A stretch of 64,000 nucleotides of DNA from Eledone cirrhosa (lineage: Eukaryota): contig OZ024747.1 in the NCBI GenBank assembly GCA_964016885.1, forward strand, positions 66,092,001 to 66,156,000. The letters are read 5' to 3'. The notes beneath the pieces are model-generated. The model searched no databases, was not told the DNA's origin, and worked only from the letters and a program-made list of their open reading frames with translations. How positions within the stretch are numbered: the stretch's first letter is position 1; the number at the start of each line of letters is the position of its first letter. Shown in pieces: positions 1 to 12,705 of the stretch. The position numbers and the translations under genes are program-made.

Positions 1-210
1 ACAGGGTCGATAAAATAAAGCAACCAGTACTGGGGTCGATTTAATCGACATTCCTCTCCCCCAAATTACTGGCCTTGTGCCTATACGAGAAATCATTATT
101 CTTATTATCATTTAAAGTACCAGTAACACACTGGGGTCGATTTAATCGACGCCCCCCCCCCCACAAATTGTTGGCCTTGTGTCTAAATCAGAAACCATTG
201 TTATTATTAT
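1..210 (+). mobile_element. Two 3' fragments of tRNA-derived SINE family S1
   Basis: Both carry ctggggtcgatttaatcgac...ggccttgtg.cta...gaaa.catt followed by an (ATT)n tail, like the fuller copies at 1519 and 46765. Confidence 0.8.
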
Positions 211-1518
211 TTCAAGTATTTGGCAAAGAATGGTAAAAGATTTATTCGCTAGGGGTGAAGAGAAATCAGAGTAAAGAAAGAAGCAGTTGTAGTTCAATAT
301 TTAAGCAATTTTAGTTAGCTTTCACCACTTGGACATTAGAAGAACGCTTAAAATATTCTGTAGAAGATCTAAAAGAAATTCGTTCAAACAACTTAAAATT
401 GAAAACATGTCTTATTTTGATTATACTATCATATCAAAGACACTTTGGAAAATTGCAGTTTAACTAAGACTCTAAGAATTTATAATAAAACGGCTATACA
501 TTTATAGCGGAAAAGAATTGAATTATTGAATATTATCTATTCAACCAGAGTCCAAATACATGATTAATCTGCACCATTTTGGTTTCATGCAAGTTTACTT
601 TGTTGCTCAAAATGACACCACCAATTTTTAAATAATTGTGTTTTGTGTTTGTGTTTTGTGTTTTATACAAATGGTGCTTAATCGAATGTTTTGTGTTTGG
701 ATTGTATTGAGTCGACATTTTAAAATGAAATGTTATAAATATGTCGATTCTCCATGTCAGATTTTTTAAATGCATATTTTCATTTGTTCTATGCTTTCCT
801 TTCAAGTACTCGTGTACCACCTTTGCAGAGATGTCTTTAGATTTGTGACGTATTGTTTTATTTTTTTTCAAACCACTATATCCGACTGTGTGTATCCAAT
901 TTGAAATAATTACACTGTATCCCTGCGTGACGCAAGAGGTGACTAAAATGATTGGCACCTTGAAGGACATCCGGCTATAAACATTTCCTCAAAAACGACC
1001 ATATGATGAATATTTACTTTGTTATGGGTCCCGCTAGTCTAGTATCTCTTTTAGCAAAGAAAATTGCTTTAAAACGCTTGTTGGTATAACAAAATCAGAT
1101 ATGTTGTATTTGATGGAGGTGTTGGTGGCAGATGATTTAACAGGAATCTTCCCAGCAATATTTCCTGATTTGAAACTTATGAATGACTCCAGTGCTAATT
1201 TAAGATATACTTCAGACTGGATAACAAGATAATATCTTCATAAAATGTTTGTGTCGCAACTAATCACATTTGGTATGTCTCCTACAGATATCAGATCAGA
1301 AGTAATCGATATTTTCAGTTGCATCTTCTATATCTTATATTTTTCATTTTTTCAATCACATTTAGTATCCTTTCGTTCAACAGGTATTTTTTTAGTTAAC
1401 TCTTAGATTGCAAAACCATAATTTTCAAAAGTTACGCTTATGTTCGGTCACTATATTCACTGCAGTTTTTATAACATATTTTGTTTGGTCACTGTGTGTC
1501 CACAGCATTATTATCATT

Positions 1519-1723
1519 CAGTATCGGTAGAGCGTCAGACACCATACTTTACAGCATAGAGTTATGGCCCTTTACAGCTTGAGTTCAAATCCCGCTGAGG
1601 TTAGCTTTGTCTTTCATCCTTACGGGGTCGATAAAATAAAGCATTAGTAATGCACTGGGGTCGATTTAATCGACTTTTCCTTCTCCCCAAATTGCTGGCC
1701 TTGTGCCTAAATCAGAAACCATT
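1519..1723 (+). mobile_element. tRNA-derived SINE S1, near full length
   Basis: A-box-like ggtagagcg, B-box gagttcaaatccc, body ggggtcgataaaataaag...ctggggtcgatttaatcgac, tail ggccttgtgcctaaatcagaaaccatt. Confidence 0.8.
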
Positions 1724-1736
1724 CATCAATATTCAG

Positions 1737-1833
1737 TGGCACAGAATTGGTAGAGCGTCGGACACCGTGCTTCATGATATAGAGTTACGTCCCTTTACGT
1801 TCTGATTTCAAATTCCACTGAAGTTAGCTTTGC
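1737..1833 (+). mobile_element. 5' half of SINE S1
   Basis: tggcacagaattggtagagcg (A box) and ttcaaattcc (B box); truncated after gttagctttgc. Confidence 0.7.
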
Positions 1834-1917
1834 AGGCTCTTCCATTGGTCAAACGACTATAACATTTGTCGTCAGAACCGAGTGAGCACCAGCAACTTTA
1901 CTCACAATATGGAGTGA

Positions 1918-2611
<694 letters not shown>

Positions 2612-2757
2612 TATCTAACTAAATATCATCCAATTCTAAAACAGTGACGGTTAAAATAAAGTGTCTTGTTCAAGAACGCAATACGCTGCCAGAATTAGAA
2701 GTCACGACCTCACTGTTGTGAGCCCGAAACCCCCAACTCCTAAGTCACGCAACTTCA

Positions 2758-3030
2758 CAACCACTGGGGTACATTGTCGTATAGTATCTAGAGAATATAT
2801 TTATCACTTGGGTACAGTGTAGCATTGTATCTAGAGAGAATATTTACTACCGTTGTACAATATAATATCTAGGGACTATATTTGCCGACTGAGTAAGTTT
2901 GAGTATAGTAGACAACATTTACCACTGGAATACAGTCAAGTATCTTGAAATTAGATTACCACTGGGGTACCGTGTTGTATAGTATTATGAGATCGTATTT
3001 ACCACTAAGGTGCAGTATATTATGGTGACC
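2758..3030. repeat. Degenerate ~40-45 bp minisatellite
   Basis: Recurrent unit resembling tttaccactggggtacagtgtagtatagtatctagaga. Confidence 0.65.
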
Positions 3031-3361
3031 AGAGGCTATCGCCTTCACTGAAAACCAGTTTGTTTTCCACAAATAGTTATAGTTATCTTTTATAATAGAC
3101 AGATTATTGTGAAAAATTACAGTAAACTATATAAAAATAATTTAATTTTTAATCTGATGTAGTCATAGTGCTGCTTTGTTAAGAGTTTATGGATTAAAAG
3201 CAGGAGAAGAAAGACGGATTTTTAATAAAGAGACGGGTGAGGGACACAAATCGAACTTTTCATCATTTCACTAAATTAATATGTATTTTGCAACTGTTGT
3301 TGTAAGATGAAAATCTGTTAAACAGAAGACAGATGAAGAAGCAAAAGTGTGTTTAAGATAA

Positions 3362-3541
3362 TTGTTTCTACTTTTGGCACAAGGCCAGCAATGACCCAGT
3401 ATATTACTGGTACTTTATTTTATCGACTCCGTAAGGATGAAAGGAAAAGTTAACCTCGGCGGGATTTAAACTTAGAATGGCAAGGGCCGTAACTCTACAC
3501 GTCAAAGCATGGCGTCCGACCCTCTACTGATACTGCCAATC
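3362..3541 (-). mobile_element. SINE S1 copy
   Basis: Reverse-complement match to S1: ggcacaaggccagcaat...tttattttatcgac...aaagttaacctcggcgggatttaaac...ctctac. Confidence 0.75.
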
Positions 3542-3808
3542 CACCTGTCAGAGGTTTTGTAAACTAATTAGAATCCTATTTCTCTACACAGTGCTGTCAG
3601 CAAGGAAAATGATCACACTTAATTGAAACACAAAGTGATAAATATCAAAAATTAAGTATCAGTCCTTCCGCTCCACTGTTTCTATCTATCGGGACTGAAA
3701 GATGAATTATAGAGACAGTCTAAACAAAGAATACATTTCATGTAAATTGATTTATATACGGAGAAATAATCGGGTATTTCTATGTGCGAATTTATATATA
3801 TATATAAA

Positions 3809-3932
3809 TTGTTTCTGAAGAAGACAGTATGATCGAACCCATATATTATGTCTGATAGTATGCAATTCTTTAACTGCTATAGATCAGTCAATATATCGAT
3901 ATGATCAACCGACCGAAAGGATCGTAAAACAA
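3809..3932 (+). ncRNA. Minimal Penelope-type hammerhead H2 with ~90-nt stem/loop II
   Basis: TTGTTT-CTGAAGA-(insert)-cGAAAggatcGTA-AAACAA; perfect 6-bp stem I and near-palindromic stem III. Flanked by (TA)n. Confidence 0.55.
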
Positions 3933-3989
3933 CGAATGAGATATGTAAAATAACTTGCCTTTGTTATCATTATTCAATATACTAATATG

Positions 3990-4041
<52 letters not shown>

Positions 4042-4045
<4 letters not shown>

Positions 4046-4200
4046 AAGTATGACCCCGACGGCATAGGCCAGAAATAGCCGTCGAAACGGCTTGAGCTCT
4101 GCCGTCGTGGTCATACTTTTTCCTATTTCCCACTCTACTACCCTAAGTATTGAGTACTCTGGTGCGTTATGGTCCATCTGGTTCCTTACCACAATTCCTT

Positions 4201-4202
<2 letters not shown>
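4042..4202. mobile_element. (TA)n-inserted fold-back element family P1 (PLE pseudo-LTR derived)
   Basis: Same sequence recurs at 9955-10156, 11835-12037 and 13378-13862; each is TA-flanked with an inverted terminal segment. Confidence 0.75.
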
Positions 4203-4246
<44 letters not shown>

Positions 4247-4251
<5 letters not shown>

Positions 4252-4350
4252 CATTTAGTTTATTTAACAATGATAACAAAAGCAAGTTATTTTACATATC
4301 ATAAAATAACTTGCCTTTGTTATCATTGTTAAATAAACTAATATGGAATA
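4247..4350. repeat. ~100 bp hairpin between (TA)n tracts, related to the 3' tail of the H2 element (3940-3992)
   Basis: tagtttatttaacaatgataacaaaagcaagttatttta is inverted to taaaataacttgcctttgttatcattgttaaataaacta. Confidence 0.8.
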
Positions 4351-4507
4351 TATATATATATATATATATATAGTAATAAGAATATTTATATTTATATGTT
4401 TAATACAATTATAAATATGGAGGGTAGTACTAAGTACTAACTAGCCGGTTACCGGTATGACAAAAGGCTCAATGCAAATTTTCAAGTGTTTTACAGAGCC
4501 GAGATAC

Positions 4508-4832
4508 AAAGTGTTAAAACGATCAAATTTTAGTTTAGAACATTTATTTGCTGACAATTGTTTCTTCCAGAGGGAAGTCTGGAATCATCGGAGCATGGGG
4601 ATAGGGGAATGTCGAAACATGTGACTAAAATCCTAGTCATTCAGAACATAATTGTTGTTAGTGTCATAGACATGATGTCTATGACACTAACAACAATTAT
4701 GTTCTGAATGACTAGGATTTTAGTCACATGTTTCGACATTCTCTATGCTCCGATGATACCAGACTTCCCTCTGGAAGAAACAATTGTCAGCAAATAAATG
4801 TTCTAAACTTAAATTCGATCGTTTTAACACTT
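4508..4832. repeat. Near-perfect ~325 bp palindrome centred near 4675
   Basis: catagacat-g-atgtctatg centre; arms match out to aagtgttaaaacgatc/gatcgttttaacactt. Confidence 0.9.
4746..4792 (+). ncRNA. Minimal hammerhead H3 (core CCGATGA); mirror copy 4549-4595 (-)
   Basis: TGCT-CCGATGA-taCCAGA cttccc TCTGGaa-GAAAC AATT GTC-AGCA followed by AATAAA; stem III is the palindrome ACAATTGT. Confidence 0.7.
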
Positions 4833-4834
4833 CG

Positions 4835-4929
<95 letters not shown>

Positions 4930-4934
4930 CAAGA

Positions 4935-6260
4935 AAGAAGTTTGACATGGTTCGCTATACAATAAGGGCTTTATCTACATTGCTGACAATTGTTTCTTTG
5001 ATCTGGCAGGTCTAGAGTTCGCTATACACCTGATTTTGCGCCAATCGATCTCCAATACTTTGTTTATAACTAGTCTATTTCATCGGCGCGGGTGAAATGA
5101 AGAAAATACATAAGGCATGGTTTTTATATAAATGTGGTATTAAACCAGAACAATAATATCAAAAATAAAATAAAATAACTAGATAGCATACAATTAAAAT
5201 AATAACATCAATGTAAGTAAGAGAGTATAATGGAGAATCTAGCATGTTAAACAGACTGATATGATACAGATGTATGGAATTGACATGTGAAAACTGCTAT
5301 AGGGTACATTAGATATAGTGATAGGGTAGCGACTAGATGACAGTAACCAGTAAGATGTACTTGGAGACAGAATTTATGAGATATCCACTGTGCTGTAGGT
5401 ATTCTTGCAATAAACCGGAGATTTACTTTTTATTTTTTTATTATTTGACAGATAAACATTTTCGTTTGATTAATTTAGTGATGATGATAGTTTTTATGTG
5501 GTGCTAAATAGAGTTGTAGATTCGTTATTTAAGTGGTCTATACTAAAGGTAGGGATTGTTAGTTCGAATCGTGGCGGTTTAGTTTTCGCAGCATCAATAA
5601 CAAATCATGTATAAATAACAGAAGGTAGTAAAGTAGTACAATGTGCATGGTAGGTATATAGAACATGATGAATAATATTAGGGATATATTGAGATGTTAA
5701 TAATAATAATAAGAATAAGAATAATAATAAGAGGAAAGTGAAATTTCAAGAGGTGTAGGGGTAATAAAATAATGTACTTAGAATTAGGTTCGTCTGTTAG
5801 AGATCGTGAGTGCTAATGAGAGATATAAATCCTTGGTCCGAAGTAGTGGGTAACAGCGAAGGTATGATTGATTTATGGGCTGATAAGATAGTTGTAGACA
5901 TCTTCCAGTGGGATAGAATTAGGGAGACTATAAGGTATTTCTAGAATATTATAGTTCTGCATTGGGCTGTGTAAGCAGGTGGATTTCATATGTTAAAAGC
6001 TAAGTGGTATTGGTTCGAATCACGGTGGTTTAAATCTCGCGAATTTTGTAGCAATCCTATGTCTGCAGAAAATTGACCTCTCTATTTTGGTGTTGAGTAG
6101 CATGTTATCGTTCCTTAAGATATGCAGCAATTCAAGGTTGCAGAGCCCGCAGTAGGACATACCGCAGCTATACGTCTTTGCGGTCGCCAATTTCGACCAG
6201 CTTATATTATAATCAAGGTTTTTGTCCTTAAGTTGCCATATTTTATTGGCGAGGGTAAAC
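4935..6260 (-). mobile_element. 5'-truncated Penelope-like element (Neptune-like), GIY-YIG C-terminus plus 3' region with an H3-type hammerhead (4981-5090)
   Basis: ORF 6020-6265 reads IWQLKDKNLDYNISWS..CGLCNLE..LLNTKIE..CRH, like the end of Neptune-type endonucleases. Downstream CCGATGA...GAAACAATTGTCAGCA. TA-flanked. Confidence 0.7.
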
Positions 6261-6263
6261 AAC

Positions 6264-6294
<31 letters not shown>

Positions 6295-6295
<1 letters not shown>

Positions 6296-7803
6296 ACAAT
6301 ATATTTAGAAACACACAGATACATGCGGACACACACATATACATGAATGCATCCACACCCAACCGTGAGTTAAGGGTGCCAACCTCACCGATGTTGCTCA
6401 ATGAATGACTGGGACAGACCAATCCGGTTGAACCCGACTGAACCAGTATCAGAGTTAAAAATACATTATGAAGAGAGAAGGAACATTTAGATATAATTAG
6501 TAATAAAATGTATCATACCTAAACTGCTCCTAGATTCCTCGACTACGTAGTTTCGTGGCATAAACAAAAACAATACATCATAAAGATATAGAGTCCTTGC
6601 GAGGTCTGCCGACTTATCAAGAGGATACCTCATTTTACTAGCCTCAAGAACGCGTCTACACGACGTGAGAAAGAATCCCAAAAGGCGGAGGGGGAGATAG
6701 TCACGCGATATGACGGTCGAGAAACAGAGCTAAGCCTCTTATAACCCCGAAGAAAATACCACGGAGGCGGAGGGGGTATTTATATCGAAGCCGTAGAAGA
6801 GGTGGTGAAGAGGGCGAGAAGTATGAGTAATGGCAGCTTTCCAGCAGTCACCACACTTCAAAGATTACTCGACCAGAGGGAGTTATTAACAATATATTTA
6901 GAAACACACAGATACATGCGGACACACACATATACATGAATGCATCCACACCCAACCGTGAGTTAAGGGTGCCAACCTCACCGATGTTGCTCAATGAATG
7001 ACTGGGACAGACCAATCCGGTTGAACCAGACTGAACCAGTATCAGAGTTAAAAATACATTATGAAGAGAGAAGGAACATTTAGATATAATTAGTAATAAA
7101 ATGTATCATACCTAAACTACTCCTAGATTCCTCGACTACGTAGGCATAAACAAAAACAAAACATTTTATTACTAATTATATCTAAATGTTCCTTCTCTCT
7201 TCATAATGTATTTTTAACTCTGATACTGTTTCAGTCTGGTTCAACCGGATTGGTGTGTCCCAGTCATTCATTGAGCAGCATCGGTGAGGTTGGCACCCTT
7301 AACTCACGGTTGGGTGTGGATGCATTCATGTATATGTGTGTCCCCGCATGTATCTGTGTGTTTCTAAATATATTGTTAATAACTCCCTCTGGTCGAGTAA
7401 TCTTTGAAGTGTGGTGACTGCTGGAAAGCTGCCATTACTCATACTTCTCGCCCCCTTCACCACCTCTTCTACGGCTTCGATATAAATACCCCCTCCGCCT
7501 CCGTGGTATTTTCTTCGGGGTTATAAGAGGCTTAGCTCTGTTTCTCGACCGTTATATCGCGTGACTATCTCCCCCTCCGCCTTTTGGGATTCTTTCTCAC
7601 GTCGTGTAGACGCGTTCTTGAGGCTAGTAAAATGAGGTATCCTCTTGATAAGTCGGCAGACCTCGCAAGGACTCTATATCTTTATGATGTATTGTTTTTG
7701 TTTATGCCACGAAACTACGTAGTCGAGGAATCTAGGAGCAGTTTAGGTATGATACATTTTATTACTAATTATATCTAAATGTTCCTTCTCTCTTCATAAT
7801 GTA
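6295..7803. mobile_element. 593-bp non-coding hammerhead-bearing unit in tandem and inverted copies (retrozyme-like or PLE pseudo-LTR)
   Basis: Direct repeat starts at 6295 and 6888. The inverted arm 7162-7803 repeats its own start at ~7755. (TA)n on both sides. Confidence 0.8.
7640..7729 (+). ncRNA. Hammerhead H4 with U3-A8 core; mirror copy 6536-6625 (-)
   Basis: TCCTC-TTGATAA-GtcGGCA...TGCCaC-GAAAC TACGTA GTC-GAGGA; predicted cleavage after C7724. Confidence 0.75.
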
Positions 7804-8186
7804 TATATATATATATATATATTGTGTTGTTTACAGATCATTTGTAGTTGTCCCAAATTGAAGGATGAGTATTTTAAACTGTATTTTATCATGAGTTAAG
7901 GTTCTGTTGATTTTTCCCTGGATTTCACTAAATTCTGTTGGATAAATCTATATCCTGATTCTTTTTGAATTGAGTTTGAATTATTTTTCCCACATCTTAC
8001 GTTAACTATTTCCCCATTTTGACGCTATAGTCACTTATATATTATGGAATACTGTTGGCTTCTTGCTACAATACTTTCTATACCTTTCATTTATATATAT
8101 ATATATTGTTGTTTACTTGCTAATTAGATAGCTCTGTATTATACATAGAACACTCTTTTTTCCTTTGCCTTTTCTTCGGAAATACT

Positions 8187-8301
<115 letters not shown>

Positions 8302-9324
8302 GCCATTGTACTTAAAGCAGTCATATATTAAGTGAATGAGTACTTAATAATTGTAAACAGAGTGTAAATTTTATTTTCTGCAGAGAAAGGTGGCAGTGAC
8401 TTTTATGTTCTAGAGTGTGTACCACCATTCTGTCACATGTATTGAGTGCTCATTCGGTTTTCCCTGTATATATAGGGAAAATAATAATAGAGATTTAAAG
8501 ATCCACATAATGTTTTTATAAATATGCAACTTTTATAGTACAGAACAAAAAAGAAATTAATTCATACCAAAGAAAAAATACAAATAAATTAGTTTCTTTT
8601 TTTTTAAAGATATAGGTAGGTTTTCAGAAACAGCCATGTTTGCTTAAATAGTTTTTGTACTTAATCGGTTTCACTGAGTTGCTTTTCAAAAGTTTTATTT
8701 TGGTTTGTGTTAGATATATATGTTTTAAACATGTTGCTAAATGCTATGTTGAAAATTTTGTTCAACATAGCATATAGCAACATACGAAAAAAAGACAATC
8801 GCCTCGAATCCAGTTTTTGTCTGTTCAAGTTTAGTGAAATTTTCCACCGATCAAAAAATCTTAAACACAAGTTTAATGAAATTTATTTCGTCAATAAATA
8901 TAATGATTGAAACTACATTAACTCAGCTGGCTTTTTGGTAGCTATTCCTCAATTTTTTTTCCCAAGGAAATAATAGTAGGAGAAAAGAATCTGCACGATA
9001 TAATAAATAATAGATTCCATGTGGGAGGCGAACGTTGAATTAAGCAGGAAGCTTTGTCATTGAACAGATGAACATGTGGATGATATCTAAATATCATACT
9101 CTTCCGTTTTCAACATATTTCGAAAATATGGCTTCAGAAAAGGGAAACGAGAACAGCTATCCATACATACACTTTTGGCATTAATCATCTATTTCGAACG
9201 TTGTGGTGACCAGGAATTTGGTCATTTATCTTTTCAGATAGTGATATATAAATGTATAAGGAAAGTCAACATGGAAATAAACAGGAGAATAATATGGTGC
9301 AATAAAATAAAGGTTTCTTATATA

Positions 9325-9414
9325 GGCACAAGGCCAGTAATTTTGGGGGAGGGGAAAGTGGATTAAATCGACCCCAGTACGTTACTGGTACTTTATTTTA
9401 TCGACCCCGTAAGG
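9325..9414 (-). mobile_element. SINE S1 3' fragment
   Basis: ggcacaaggccagtaattttggggga...atcgaccccagtac...tttattttatcgaccccgtaagg. Confidence 0.75.
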
Positions 9415-9954
9415 TGCAATACAGTAATAATATATATATTAGTTTAAAGTTTGATATAATAAGAAAAAAAGGCTTAACGTTACGGATGTTAGTCCTACGT
9501 CGGAAGGTAGATGAGAGATAGAGAGGGAGAAGGGAGGATATTCAGGAGAGAGAAGAAATAGGAAGATAGACGAAAGTAAGACAAGACACAAACAAAAAAG
9601 AAAAATTAGACAGAAGGGGAGCGCGTGTGTTGTTGGAGAGTTACCAGAGGGGAGACAAGCGTCAAAGAATTAGGAATACATCTGTGATCGTGTGTGTGTG
9701 TCTGTGTGTGCATGTGTGTACGTACGTATGCGTACGTATGCGTATGTATGTGTTTTTTTTTATTTGTTTGTACAAAGCTGTAAGGGTCGTTCGGCGCAAA
9801 GACCACATCTGCGGCTGGAATGAGTGTGCGTAGGTGCTGACTTGCGTAGGGAGGGACAGAGGTGGTGTGTATGTGCGTGTATATATATATATACATATAT
9901 ATATGCATGTATATGTATACAGTCACTAATACATATATATATATATATATATAA

Positions 9955-10156
9955 CGAAGGAATTGTGGTAAGGAACCAGATGGACCATAACGCACCAAAG
10001 TACTCAATACTTAGGGTAGTAGAGTGGGTAATAGGAACAAGTATGATCCCAAGGCAGAGCTCAAGCCGTTTCGACGGCTATTTATGGGCTCTATATAGTC
10101 CAGAAATAGCCGTCGAAACGGCTTGAGCTCTGCCGTCGGGGTCATACTTGTTTCTA
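9955..10156. mobile_element. P1 fold-back copy
   Basis: Matches 4042-4202 in reverse, with an inverted second arm; TA-flanked. Confidence 0.75.
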
Positions 10157-10167
10157 TATATATATAT

Positions 10168-10351
10168 ATTGTTATACTTTGGGAGGGTCATGTTGCAAAT
10201 AAGAAACACACACACCAGTTGCTTTCACTTCAATTTATTATAATAAATTTATAAATTCCTAAATTTATAAATTTATTATAATAAATTGAAGTGAAACACT
10301 TGGTGCGTGTGTTTCTTATTGGCAACATGACCCTCCCAAAGTATAACAATA
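10168..10351. repeat. ~185 bp palindrome, related to the PLE tail at 36528-36582
   Basis: attgttatactttgggagggtcatgttgc is inverted to gcaacatgaccctcccaaagtataacaat. Confidence 0.85.
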
Positions 10352-10427
10352 TCGGTTTCAACACACGTTTTCAGATAAAGAATCTTGCTAAACAAATTCA
10401 GAAACGAAATATATATATATATATATA

Positions 10428-11500
10428 TAAGCAAAAATAAATGGAGAAGTCAATACATTTAAAAACAAAATTTACTCCTTACACAGTGCTTCATCTAAGG
10501 CATATCTATATAACAGGTTTATATATATATAAATTTATATGTGCGTATGCATACATACTATTATAAATAATTTGTTCTTAGAATCTTCAGAGAAGAAACA
10601 TTATTATATTATAAACTTTAATGATGTTACTGGAGGGAAGTCCAATCTATACAACAGCAAACGAAATTTACTATTACTGGAATAATTATAATTCAGAGGA
10701 ATACTCAGAAGCAAGTACACGTCGGAGTTCATATTTTAATCCGAATATTTTTAAATGAGGACTAACTTATAAATCTAAAATGGCAGTTACAAAGGGGCGT
10801 AATTATCTAAGGGAAATAACTATGGTGTATTTTTTAAAAGAATGTTAATCATAAATAACCAAAGTTAAGTGACATTGATAAAGTAGATATTAGGTGGTGT
10901 TTTGTGGGTCAAGGCTTACAGTCTTCAATTAAGTGACCAATTATGAGCAGCAGTGATTTAGATATCCTGGCTAATCTATAGGAAATAGCTAATAGAGGGT
11001 CTATTTTAGGGCTGAGTGGGGAGAAATTGAGGTTGAACATTTACGATGGCTATATGGGATCATAGACTGATTGATGAAACAGTAATCAATTGCCCACATA
11101 CACCATACACCATAAAATACACCATAATTATTTCACTTAGATGATTACGCCCCTTTGTAACCGCCATTTTAGATTTATAAGTTAGTCCTCATTTTAAAAT
11201 ATTCGGATTAAAATATGAACTCCGACGTGTACTTGCTTCTGAATATTCCTCTAAAAGAATAATTATTCCAGTAATGGTAAAATTCATTTGCTGTTGTATA
11301 GATTAGACTTCCCTCCAGCAACCTCTTTAAAGACAATAATGTTCCTTCTCTGAAGATTCTAAGAACATATTCTTTATAATAATATGTATGCATACACATA
11401 TATATAGACCTGTTATATAGATATGCTTTAGATGAACCACTGTGTAAGGAGTAAATTTTGTTTTTAAATGTATTGACTTCTCCATTTATTGTTTGCTTAT
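10428..11500. repeat. Inverted repeat, ~400 bp arms with ~280 bp spacer; degenerate hammerhead H6 in each arm (10475-10595 -, 11345-11451 +)
   Basis: Arms 10428-10833 and 11114-11500 are reverse complements. Motif CTTCT-CTGAAGA-tTCTAAG..(C/T)TTAGAt-GAA(C/G)-CACtGTG-TA-AGGAG. Confidence 0.75.
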
Positions 11501-11776
11501 ACATGCTCTGCTTACCTTCTGCGGTTAACTCTCATTAAATATTAACCTTACTATAATATTTAACATTGCATCTCTAAGAATATCATAATTAATCTTCTAC
11601 TTTTATGATATATGCCTTTTCTTCGATAAATATATACATGCACACACATCTCTCTCTCTCTCTCTCACTCTCTCTCTCTCTCTCTCACTCTCTCTCTCTC
11701 TCTCTCACTCTCTCTCACTCTCTCTCATTCTCTTTCTCTGTCTATATATATATACGCATGCACACGCACAGTTATC

Positions 11777-11834
<58 letters not shown>

Positions 11835-11835
<1 letters not shown>

Positions 11836-12037
11836 CGAAGGAATTGTGGTAAGGAACCAGATGGACCATAACGCACCAAATTACTCAATACTTAGGGTAG
11901 TAGAGTGGGTAATAGGAACAAGTATGACCCCGACGGCAGAGCTCAAGCCGTTTCGACGGCTATTTCTGGACTAATATAGTCCAGAAATAGCCGTCGAAAT
12001 GGCTTGAGCTCTGCCGTCGGGGTCATACTTGTTCCTA
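11835..12037. mobile_element. P1 fold-back copy
   Basis: Near-identical to 9955-10156; hairpin centred on ggactaatatagtcc. Confidence 0.75.
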
Positions 12038-12133
12038 TATATATATAGTAATAATAATAAATTTGTAGACTAAAATCGTCTTCCTGTTTTCCTTCGGTTG
12101 CAATATTTTTCGAAATATTTACTTCTGCGTTCA

Positions 12134-12208
12134 CAGATTGATTTTTTTCAGTTTCAGAAGATCCCGTTAAGGGTGAAAGCAGCGATTCTTTGCTTAAACT
12201 TTAATCTG
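12134..12208 (+). ncRNA. Second copy of hammerhead-like H1
   Basis: Near-identical to 2293-2366 and followed by (TA)n. Confidence 0.6.
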
Positions 12209-12520
12209 GTATTTTAATAAATATATATATGTATATATATACACGCATGCACACATACACATACATTCATCTCTCTCTCTTCTTATATATATATGGCGGG
12301 GTTTATAGTCAATAATATTTCATGTAATAATAATTCATTATTACACATTCTATGTAAAGTTGTTAGAATCCTCAATTTATTTAGACCTCTGAAAACAAGG
12401 ATTAAAGAAAATAATGAAGACAACTATTATGAGGACTTTCTTCTACTTATGAATTTATATATCTATCGATCTGTCAGCCGGGTTGCCTGGCTGCCCTGCT
12501 GCCTTGCTATCTGTTTGTAT

Positions 12521-12569
<49 letters not shown>

Positions 12570-12590
12570 TCACACACACACACACGCGCG

Positions 12591-12631
<41 letters not shown>

Positions 12632-12651
12632 GCACACATACACACACACAG

Positions 12652-12702
<51 letters not shown>

Positions 12703-12705
<3 letters not shown>

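Noticed and set aside
533-970. 145-aa minus-strand ORF
   Set aside because: No recognisable domain. Another frame has a faint Cys/His pattern suggesting a decayed gag knuckle, too weak to call.
1519-1833. tRNA genes suggested by A/B boxes
   Set aside because: No cloverleaf; the boxes run into a repeated SINE body.
2758-3030. CRISPR-like periodic repeat
   Set aside because: Degenerate tandem units without unique spacers, in eukaryotic context with no cas genes.
6487-7778. Identical 64-aa ORFs on opposite strands
   Set aside because: TTG start, no domain; identity follows from the inverted repeat and the ORF overlaps the hammerhead.
8600-9260. Possible DNA transposon remnant
   Set aside because: No TIR pair, second copy or transposase motif could be identified.
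9470-9508. Minus-strand hammerhead-like string ctt-CCGACGT-agga..tcc-GTAA-cg-TT-aag
   Set aside because: Two invariant core positions are altered and stem I is 3 bp; at best a decayed copy, so not counted.
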